Shown here in pieces: positions 12,801 to 23,592 of a stretch of 64,000 nt of DNA (its first letter is position 1; the number at the start of each line of letters is the position of its first letter). The translations under genes were made by a program, and so were the position numbers. The notes beneath the pieces were generated by a model, which saw only the letters and a program-made list of their open reading frames with translations, made no database searches and was not told the DNA's origin. The DNA lies in contig CT868059.1 in the NCBI GenBank assembly GCA_000165425.1, positions 1 through 64,000 on the forward strand, read 5' to 3'. The stretch is from Paramecium tetraurelia. Its lineage: Eukaryota.

Positions 12801-15057
12801 CTAGAAGATTGTTCAATAGTTCTTCTTACTCTATTTCATAATCTCCTTTGTAAATTTCTAATTATCTGATTTTTTCTTTATATTATGTAATAGACATCCT
12901 TTAAAATGTGCTTTTAAAATACTATCTAGGAGTTTATTCTCTTTCTTGTAATTATTTATAGATAAATTGTAATAGTTGTTTTTGAGGATCAAATTACTTT
13001 GCATTAAATTTGATTGACTTATGCATAGATTCTTCTGGATCATCAAATGCACTTTTCTTCTCTTGTTTCTATTCCTTCACTTCTAATTCTTGGAGTAACT
13101 TCCAATTAGATATTTTTAGATCTTTACCCTTTTATACCATTGCATTAATGAATTGAGGGTACTCTATTTCATCTTTCACTCCAAAGATGCTCATTAAAAA
13201 TGTGAAATCTGAGTTCTTAAGACCATCATTTGCTTATTTAAAAGCGTTAAACAATTAATTTTTGGTGATTATGCTGGCGCTTTTTGTATTACTTCTTATC
13301 AGTTATGGCAATGTCATAGAAATACTCGCTAAACCATTGACAATTTCCTATAGAATTGCTCTGACATCTTCATTTATCAATTCTTCAAAGAATACTCTTA
13401 CATTTTCAAAGGAAATAGATTTCTTGTTTGTTGGATCCAGATGCGATAGTAACTACTTTTCAATATCAGGAGAAGGATGAATTTTAAGATCATTCAAGAA
13501 CCTATGTATTTCTTCATGACTCAATTCACCTCTTGATTTTGTGTCATAATGTCTGAAGAATTAGATAAAAATATTGTGGATTTCCCTTATTCCCCTATAC
13601 ATCTTCATTTTTAAATCATTGAACCCCAACTATTATTGATTCATAGACTTTGTATCTTCACAAAATTACTCATAATATATGATATTCTTCTTCTTAGGGT
13701 CATATTTCTATTGAATAATTGGAATATCTTCAGCAGCCAAATTTATTTAGTTGTCTTTTAGTGTTTAATCGAATTTTTCAAATTGCAGATATCCTACTAA
13801 TTCTGTGTCATTCTCTTTGAATTTCTCCAATAAATTAATTTTTTGCTCTTCAAGATATTTATGCAATTCCTTCATCATTTCTGATAGTTCCTACTCCTAA
13901 TAGTCATTCAATTCTCCTAACTTGATAATCTCCTTTTAATTTTACACCCATTAAGATAAATCAATCTCATCCTTTTTTGAGTTGTCAAACTATGCCAGAA
14001 ATGCTGATTTCTCCTTTGCAGTCACTTCAATTTTCAAATCCTGTAAAGCCTCCCAAAAGAATTCAGGTTTTATTCTCCGACTAACTGGTTATAATTAATA
14101 TTTGGATAAGTATTATGTAGCTGTTTGTGATTTCAATTATTTTGCTTTTTCCTTCAGTTCTTCTAACAAGAGTTCTGGCTATGGTGTTATTAATGTTTCA
14201 TCTGCAATTATCGCATTTTAAGAAAAAAAGTCTTGAACTAGATCTTCAACTTCTGACAAAGGTGGTCGATTATTGGGGTTTTTTTCCAACATTTTCTCTA
14301 TTAAATTATTGAAGTGGTTCCCATATGCTTTTCTCACTATTTCTCTGATTTCAATCCCCTTTTAGGATTCATGAGCCTAAAAATCTCGGAACACTAATAA
14401 TTCTTCCATTTCTCTGAGTGATGCCATTTGCAAAAATACCATTCCCAATTACCATACATCTATTTTTTGGGGATCTCCTCCGAATTAATCGGCCTAAGCA
14501 GTCCCTTATGAAAATCTTTGACTTTGGTTTTTTTTTAAAGTGGCAATGGATTCAGGAGGTAAGTAATTTTCGTTATTCTCATTTGAAAATTAATTGAAAT
14601 CTGTAATCACACAGCCTCCGTCTTCGTCCTCAAATAAATTCGAAGGCTTGATTCTGCAATGAAAAAATCTCTGTGTCTCAGTTTTTTTCGATTTATGTAT
14701 TTTATCCAACCAATTGGTAAATTCATCGACGTATTTTTGCATCACATTCATGGGAATGAACTTTCCCTATCTTCTATGCAATTTAATTAAATCCCCCATC
14801 GAATGTTTAAATTTCTTATAAACGAAGCTCACACCTTGTTTATCTTCCCAATATCCTTCTGGTATATAGATGCCTGGTTTTGATAATCGAATTTTCATTT
14901 AATCGATTTCATCAATCAATTCTTTTTATGTCTTCTTTTGAGGAACGACCTGCTTGCACACCCATTACTCTAAACCCTTCTTATATAGTCCTGTTTTTCC
15001 ATTGATTGGATAAATAATTTAAAACTCTCCTTATTGAAGTTTTTTCAATTAAGACAT
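6808..15057 (-). CDS. Giant (~2,730 aa) pseudokinase + many EF-hands + Q/P-rich linker + nephrocystin-1-like C-terminal domain
   Basis: Same frame at checkpoints 15057, 14460, 10620, 8160 and 7860; introns of 23 and 25 nt near the 3' end; HCRIKPSN, TDFN, YLPPE, KIDVWQLG; many DxDxxG EF loops; C-terminal GIPIP..RREIGI..AAWNP..WVF..VFEF..ISCAYG..LELKGGAP. Confidence 0.88.
10231..10350 (-). repeat. Coding tandem repeat (F/Y)PGQQQQ x5 inside the giant gene
   Basis: 21-24-nt units such as tttcctggataataacaacaa on the minus strand. Confidence 0.85.
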
Positions 15058-15611
15058 TAATATAATATATAATCTTAAATATTTGAATTTCTAGTGAAAT
15101 TCTGAACATACAGTAGGTTCCTGGACAAAATGTGGGATTAAGATTCTGTAAAAAACCATAAAACAGGATTACTGTTCTAAATGGCTACTTACAAAAAATG
15201 GGATTAACTGAATGTTCAAATATCTTATATATAAAATAAAGATAACCAAACTAATACGATCTTTGAATCTTATTAGTTAAATATATCTGAATAAACCATT
15301 TGAGAATTATTTTAATAAATAATCTGTTAACTTTTATGATACGCGAGGGAAATAATTATAAAAATATTTAAACCCTTTTCGTGTCTGAACGTTCACTTCA
15401 AAAATGCATTAGGAAATTAATTAAGTAGAGTAATTAATTGCCATTCTTTTGATTTCAAGAAGTTAACTTTTTGGTTTGGTGGAATTCGAAAATGTTGATC
15501 AGACTTAATCATTAATAGTAATAGGCGTGTCTCATTTCTTTGAGCGGGTTTCGTATTTTGCCATCGATCCATCATGGTTTCAGATTATAATCATTATAAA
15601 TATCATTTAAG

Positions 15612-15944
15612 ATGCGCAGTATTTATTTATTGGGGTTACTGTAATTGATTATTGTATTTTTTAATATATTAAAAGATGAACCACAGGTAACATCAATCTC
15701 AACAGCAAATACACACGACAACCAAAAAATCTCATTTTTATACTCAATCGTATTGCTACCTAACATCTCTTTTAGGCACAAAAGTGACCCAAACATCTCA
15801 CATGAACGAGACAAAATGTTTTCAAATATAAAATCAATCATTCAAAAGAATGAAACTATTCTCTCAACAAGATTAGAGAGTACTCCAATAATGAGAAAAA
15901 AAAATGAAACCTCAAAAACTAGTTGCACCTGCAATATATAATGA
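15612..15944 (+). CDS. Small hypothetical protein with Cys-rich C-terminus (SCTCNIQ)
   Basis: Open code-6 frame ending TAA TGA; start uncertain. Confidence 0.4.
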
Positions 15945-16086
15945 AAAATAGATTTTATTTGAAATTCTTATATGTCAGCATCTACTGAGTCTTCAGACAT
16001 AATGAATTTCTAAACAATTATATATATAATTATAGATTAATATTTAATATTTTCTGAAAAACTGTTAATTAATTAAACATATAACC

Positions 16087-16323
16087 ATGAGTCTAAGTAT
16101 TCGATTAATTAAGACCCCCAACGCTGCTTGGGAAAAACCTAAATAAATCCTAGATGAAGAGTCATTAATATAAAGATAGGCTGCCTATGACGAGAAAGTC
16201 AAAGAATAAATATTTAATTCTGAAGCCAATCCAATCGAGATTAAAGAGGATGAAGAAGAGGAAGAAGATGATGTTGAGGACATCGATGATTATGCAGATG
16301 ATCTATAAACTCATGATTTATGA
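16087..16323 (+). CDS. 78-aa acidic-tail protein, candidate APC/C subunit APC15
   Basis: MSLSIRLIKTPNAAWEKPKQILDEESLIQRQAAYDEKVKEQIFNSEANPIEIKEDEEEEEDD...; single-exon ORF. Confidence 0.6.
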
Positions 16324-16910
16324 GCAATAAATATGAATCACTTTTTAATTGCCAATCTCTTAAAATTTATCCATTTTTATTGTCAAATTGAATAATTTTC
16401 TATTTTCAAATATAAAATTAATCTACTATTTAAACTACAGAGATAACTCATATATGAAGTTCATATGAACCTCATTAGTTATCAATTTAATTTATCTTAT
16501 TTTGACTTCCATGATAACCTGAAAATCTTTCATGCTTATTATTCTTTAACAGGATTCTCCAACTATAATTAGGAAGCTAATAGTTTCTTACATCATATAA
16601 TATTTGCATATGAATTTTAATTATTCATTCTGGTTTATAGAAAAGATGAATTATTAATCGGTATAGATCATTAAAATCAGATTAATGAAGGTTTTCAGAA
16701 AAATCAGAAAGAAAATCCTATCTTTGTAAGTTTATTCTACATTAGTATTAAAATAATTTTGATTTCCTCAAACTGTTTTCAAGCTTCATTTTCTTATGAT
16801 TTCATTTACATCACATTTACATTCTAAATTTTGATGTAAAATTTGAGAAATATCTAAAAATTAATTTATGTCTGAATTCTTTATTTAATGTTTGTCATAT
16901 ATTGAAATAA

Positions 16911-19457
16911 ATGATGAATTTGAATGAGGAATAAATCACTTTAGAGAGTGATGCTCTTGACTTAAATATTTATTCAGTAAAAAGTATATTAATAATCATA
17001 ATTATGAATGCTATTAGTTCTGCAGAGAATAATCTTTTATGGAATGGGGAGAATGTATAGGACGGTATTTGAATCAAAACATAATTAAAGAGTTTTCAAG
17101 GCCAATCGGTTTGCATTTGCAATTCTGCCAGCTTGAGGATCTATAAAAAAACACATACGATGACATAAATGCATTATCAAGTCCAACGATCAATAGGAAG
17201 GAAGTGGAGCATAAAAGTGCGTTGCGATCATCATAGGGGTCTGTATTTAGATTTTTGAAAATATTGCAAAAAAAAACACAATAATTGAAGGAGAACAGAA
17301 ATAAGCTATCCTTCTTTCAAAAGATTTATTAGGAGAAAATACTGCATTCGGAATATAGCAAACAACAATAAACTTAAAGCAAATATGTTTTTGATCCAAC
17401 AAATTTTTTAGCTTTAGTTTTTTAATTTCTTAAATGTTTAGTTATATTTTTATTACTTGTGATTATAACCTATTTTTGGAGTTTTGATGATATGAGACAT
17501 TTGGTTGACAATAATAACTATTTTTATATCGTGATAATATTGTTAATAGACATATCACTGCAATTCAATTTAGCAATAATAATTCGAGGATAAGTATTAA
17601 TTAATAATAAGAAATTAGATAATTTATGATCGAATAATCATTTTTAAAAAGTACATTTCAAGACAATTTTTTGAGGACAGTATTTTTTTGGTTTCCTTGG
17701 TATTAATTATTCACACATCTTAGTTAATTTTTGTAATAATATTTTATGTTAATGGTATTGGAATGCTCGTTAAAATCATAAGAAAACTTGAGGATACATT
17801 TGATCTGAGTGTTAAAACAACAGAACTCTTGAAATTGTGGAAATTGCTCTTTTTCATAAACCTCTTGGCTCATTTTATCGCATGTATTTGGCATTATATT
17901 GGATTGAATACAATTGATGCCAATAATAATTGGTTGGATTCGAAACAGATAAGAGATGAAACTAATTTTATAAAATACATATACTCCTTTTATTGGTCAG
18001 TTGTTACAATGGTGACAGTTGGATACGGAGATATCACTCCACAAAATTACATAGAAATGATATTATGTGTAATAATAATGTTTCTATCTTGTGGAGTGTA
18101 TGCTTATTCGTTGAATACGATAGGACAAATAATCTCAATCTTGAATCATGAATCAGACAGATTAGAGAGGAGTTTTAGAACTCTAAATAAATATTTTAGA
18201 TAGCACAACATTAAGGATGAATTGCAAAGTCGAATCAAAAACTATTTGGAGTACAAATTAAAAGAGGAAGAAAAATCGAATTAAAGTGTATAATTCCCAT
18301 AATCATCTTAGGTTTACAAAATTCTCGATTAACTGTCTAATCATCTGCGATTTAAAATCATATCTGAGATCTATTAGAGCATGCTCTAAAAATGTCCTTT
18401 ATTGTAAACTAACTTCTCAAAATCTACTCTTCAGAATTCAACTAATTTACTTGAAACCTTGAATTATGAACCGGATGACATAATAATTAATTAGTATACT
18501 GAGAACGAGAATGCTCTCTATTTTATTGATTAAGGTACTGTAGAAATATGTGAACAAAGAACTAAGACTTAATTGATGGAATTCACATCTGGGGAGTCTT
18601 TTGGGGAATATGAATTCTTCACTAATTCTTAGGCTGCCTTCACATATAAGTGCAAGAGTCACACAAGAGTGTTCAAGCTTTCACGATCCAAATTACTAGA
18701 AATCCTCAATAAGGAAGACTTTGAAATCTTTCATTAGATTAAACATTCTTTTGAATTCAACATTCCTGTGAAACATGCCTAGTGTATCATATGCCATCAA
18801 AATGATCATTTCATTCATAAATGTAAGTTATTGTACTATATTCCTGACATTTCTAAAATGGTCATCAGATAACAAAATTTCAAGCAGAGGAGGGAATTTA
18901 AGCAAAGAAGAATGCAAAGAGCAAATACCTTCTCTCTTTTAGCTGTATCTACTTCGTTTATATATTTTTAGTAAATCTAAGAAAAACAATTTGAATATTA
19001 TCAACAATATATTTAGGAATATTCCTAAAAGGAACTTTTGGATGATGAAAATGTAATAATAGGGGCTGACTCTCAAATTACTTCATTGATGTACAATACG
19101 CTAAAAGCTTCTGAGATTTAAATCCAATAAAATCAAATGGATTATGGAAAGGATATGCTCAATAAAAATAGCCCAAGGAAATTGAATTCTCTAAATGTCA
19201 AGACAAAATAATCTCTACCTGAGACAGGTCTACAAATTGAGACGCAAAACAAACTGAAGAAGTCTTCAGTCAAAATACTAGACGGGCCCTAAAATTAAAC
19301 AATGGTTTTTGATAGGATGAAGGACTATAATTAGTATTTTAGTGAAAACAATTATGAATTGCAAATCCGTAGGTACAATTAGAACTATATTGAACGAGGC
19401 TTTCTATCTTCAATTAAGAAAAGAACAGGGAGGGCGATGAGATTTATTTAACTATGA
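16911..19457 (+). CDS. Cyclic-nucleotide-binding-domain K+ channel (EAG/HCN-like)
   Basis: AHFIACIW, pore YWSVVTMVTVGYGDITP, C-linker and CNBD (LYFIDQGTVE..FGEYEFFT). Confidence 0.93.
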
Positions 19458-19491
19458 ATTAATATATATAGTATTAAACTTTAGGAAACTC

Positions 19492-19890
19492 TCATTATTC
19501 TGAGCACATTTGAGAAGCTAGTGACTAGTTCTGGTTGAATTATGATGGGAACAATAAATTAAAAGGATTTAAATAATAGTGAATTTTACTAGTAATAATT
19601 ATGAATTAATACGTATTTATTGTATCCGGCAGTATTGGTTCGTAATTTGCGTCAGGGAGAGGGATAAAAATCAACGGGGATCGCTAGGAGGGGTTTTGAG
19701 AGGTGGAAGTTCTGAAGTATTGGCGTTTAAAATTTAATATTTAATTGTCGGTGGAGTGACAGAAATACTGGAAATACGATAATAAATTTGGGGCAAAGAG
19801 TATTATATGATATTAAGAATTTGGTTTATAATATTTCTCCAGTTTAATAAGGTGGATACCCCCCCAGAATTTATGAGCGGAATTTTACAT
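19492..19890 (-). CDS. Hypothetical protein (~124 aa, one 24-nt intron)
   Basis: MQNSAHKFWGGIHLIKLEKYY... open to TAA TGA; GTA..TAG intron. Confidence 0.6.
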
Positions 19891-19905
19891 AAATAAATTA
19901 AAAAA

Positions 19906-22003
19906 ATGAATAGTTCTTCAAGAGCTAAAGTGTTTGTACATAGTGACCAGAAATGGGAGGACATTTGCGTAGGGTATGTTTAAATTGTGCATACAGATGG
20001 TGCTACTTATATCAGAGGGATAACGGAAAAATAATAGAAGTAATGTAACAATATAGTGACACATTAACATTTGAATGTGAACAAGGAGGATTGGTGCATA
20101 AATCTGAAGGTGAATCCAGAAATCATCTATGAGCAGCAGGGCGATAATATAATCTCTTGGGAGGAAACCGAGTTGAAGTTGTAAATAGCAATCAGTTTTA
20201 TCGACAACAAGTATTCATAGGAGTTTTGGAATTAATTGTAAAATAGTAGAAGACATTTCCGATACGATGATCCAGAATCAACGTATCCTATAATACCATC
20301 TCAATAGAATTTGGAGGCAGTCTAACTATGGATCAGTGATAATCCTGAACTCATAATATAGAAACTCACCACTGATCCCAACAACACTTTTCTGGAGGCC
20401 TTAGCAAAGATATTCTAAGACTCCGAGACACAACAACATTTGCATACTCTGGAACAACTGCATTATGTAATTCGGAATTTAAGTATTTATATTGATGTTA
20501 TCACCTTAGTATATTTAAAAAACGAGAACGTCCTAAAGAAGTTGCTGAGCGACAAATTTTACATGACATTATTTGGGATCATGGAATGTATAACATCATA
20601 TCTATAAATTAGACCATTCCGAGAACAAGGGGCCACAAAGAGTCTCATACAGAAATTTTCTGAGTGAGGAATTGAAATTCCACCAAATAACTGATTTGGA
20701 TCATGAAATAATGGAGAAAATTCACTTTAACTATCGATTGTCCTACTTGAAAGAGAGTGTCATGGCTTATTATCTCTATCTAGAGGATCCCATCTACAAC
20801 CAATTCAACTTTTACATCAATTCGAACAACCAGTCGATATTGGAGAGTTTGTTGTTGAATCACTAGTCTTAATTCGAGCAATATCTGCTTGGTTTTCTGG
20901 ATAATTTGGAGTTGAATTGCAAGTTTATTAATGAGTTCTTCTTGTCCTTTAAATAGTTTCTCCAAATTCAGTCATTGAATGAAGCATTTGTGGCTTGCAT
21001 CGGCAAAACCGACTTATTAAGGGCCTTATTTTCAAAGACTGTGGAAGTGCAACAACAACAATTGTGTTTTACAACATTGTAATTGACAATAATGATTGGA
21101 AATTCAAATTCGCAATACTTCTAAGACTTTTTGAAATAAAATCAGTAACTCTTTTGGAAGAGCATGGAAACCTTGCTTTTCAGTAACATGACTACTCTTC
21201 ACAGTATGATTATAGATATAATCCAGTACATATGCTAAAATTAAGCAATACTCGGGTAAGGGATAGATTGGTTGATGAAATGTTTTGATCAGAAATTGAA
21301 TGCATCAGCAGCTGCTTCATTATAGGAGATTGTCTAACTCATTTGTTAGCAATAAAAGACCTTTTCGAAAGATTTGGCAGTGCTTTCAATTCATATCCTA
21401 AACATTTTGAAACAGTAACAAAAACTAGCCATTAAGGATAAATTCATGTTAATGCCAGCCTTGAAGCATTTTAAATATTTGTGCACATCTAGTTGTTCAT
21501 AAATCGTCAAGCCTTTTTGCGAGTCCTTCATTCAAATAACAGCAAGCGGAAAGATACACGGAATTTTGGAAGGCCAAATCAGAGACATTATCAAGTACAT
21601 CAAGAATAATGCCACGCTTAGTCATTACATTGTATGATTGTTATTTATGATTTAGGTTATTGAAGTGAAGAATCTGAATCTGTAGGATCACCCTCTGTAT
21701 CAAAAGTTGGTCCAGCAATATTCGTATGTGCAAATAGAGGATGGGTCGAAATCAAGGATGCAAATGGAGGATTTAAAGTACTACGAGAATGACGATTCGG
21801 AGGAATAGGCTCCTCAACAATAGACTGTTCAGGTGATCAGAGAGGTTTACCGATTGGATTTCAGTAAGATTGTGAGACAAAGAAATGAGGATGAGGAGGA
21901 TGAAGATGAAGTGAAGGTGAGAGAAACAAAACCAAAGGGAATAGTGTTTGGGGATAATTGTTTTAAAAGAATAAAAACGGATGATGATGATGATGAGAAT
22001 TGA
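19906..22003 (+). CDS. PPP4R3: PP4 regulatory subunit 3 (SMEK/Psy2)
   Basis: EVH1-like RAKVF..KWEDICVGYV, YEQQGDNIISWEE, IAISF; KIHFNYRLSYLKE (SMK-1 domain). Confidence 0.9.
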
Positions 22004-22048
22004 TTTTATCTTATTACTCAATATAATAACCCCAATATTTATGTATAT

Positions 22049-22471
22049 TCATGTTTTGATTTTTGAGAGTATGTAATTTTTGAGTCCTGCCTATCCTCCG
22101 GGTAAGAGTGCAGCCATTAAATATAGAAGTGCTAAAATCTATACAATCATTATTCCTAGGGTTGTCAAATATCCAATCTTAAACACTCCTGTGTATAGGC
22201 CACTTAGTAGAGCTATGAAGTATATAACAGTTCCAGCCTGACTAAAGATGGTCTTGTATTCAGTAACTTAGATGATGGCTATTAAAATGAGCAATGATCC
22301 CAATGAGAACAATAGCACAAACGGATAGGGGTTGACCAGCAAAAAGCCTGAAAAAGGAAAGGAAACTATCAGCAGAATGAGGCCAGTCACGAAGAATAAT
22401 AGGAATCGACCCCAAGTATAAATTTTCTCTTGGATCTTGAACCCACTTTCCTCATCTTGATAATTGTTCAT
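22049..22471 (-). CDS. SFT2: Got1/Sft2-like four-TM vesicle transport protein
   Basis: 140 aa; PFVLLFSLGSLL; Q.LALLYLMAALLPGGQAGLK. Confidence 0.8.
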
Positions 22472-23577
22472 TAATATTAATATAATTAGACATACTAAAT
22501 TGCTACATCTGAAAACTCTGTGATGAGTCCGTGGATATTCAGCTTGACTGCTTGATAGTAAATGTCTTTGGCAATGGTTGCATTGAACATCTTTTGAGTT
22601 CCACTAGCATCATCTTGGAAAGTCCAAGCATAAACCATCATTTAATTGTCTTTGATGAGTTGAACTTCTGGTTGAATTTTTTAGGTCTTTTGATTCCAAA
22701 TCGATGCTAAATCAGCTCCAATGATGTTGGCATACTTTGTAGCTTCAGCATAGAAGGTATATGGTTGATTCTGTAATCCGGTCATCAAAAACACTCTTGG
22801 AAGATCTGTCAATTCTCGAGTCTCCTTTACAGCATTCATGTCGAAACTCATAATGACAATGGGAACAACATTCTTGCAATCTTTAATGGTCCCAATACCG
22901 AATTTTGATAATTCACTGATTACATATTAAACGATTGATACTCCTGCATATTCTAAATGATACTACGTCATATTACAACATTTATACTTCGTAATCTTTT
23001 ATCTCTAAGAGTATTCCTACTGGCTTTTTATTAGGGTTTCTTTCATTAGCAGTACGAATGTTGAAATCTTTGACCTATTGCAAGACCTCCCATAAGGTTG
23101 GATATGTGAAAAGACCATCAAACATTTTAGGTCTTGTGGAACCCCTGACTTAATTGATTCCTACTCGCTTGAGTTCAGCGAGAGAGAAATCAATCAGCCA
23201 CCAATCGTCTCTAACCATTCCATTTATTGTCCTTTTTCTTTGTCTTGATGCAAATTCTGGGAATGTTTTAATATTGGAAACAGTATTCATAAATGTATCA
23301 TGTGCCACTATTACTATAAGATGGATATATATGTTAATGTATACACTGCAATTCCTTATTGAGTACAACATCCAATTCAATGAAGTCAGTTCCTTGGAAC
23401 ATAGCACCTTCAAATGATTAGGCCGTATTCTCTATCAAATATGAGGTTGGTGATACCTGGGAAGATGGAGCAAAGTCCTCGATGAGCAGCAATTTTGGGT
23501 CGATCAGATTATGAAATGTAATCGGCTGGACTGATACTTGAGAAGACAATTGGGATCAAAAATAATAGGTAATGCAT
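22468..23577 (-). CDS. Secreted glycerophosphodiester phosphodiesterase
   Basis: Signal peptide; AAHRG..PENT; DFIELDVV; VAHD; YAWTFQDD; GLITEFSD. Confidence 0.92.
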
Positions 23578-23592
23578 GAATAAATTATATTA

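Noticed and set aside
14500..14545. Possible frameshift at the A9 run in the pseudokinase region
   Set aside because: Recounting shows the frame continues directly into KIDVWQLG
16330..16880. Long TGA-free frame between the APC15-like gene and the channel
   Set aside because: No motif or clear gene structure; long open frames arise easily with a single stop codon
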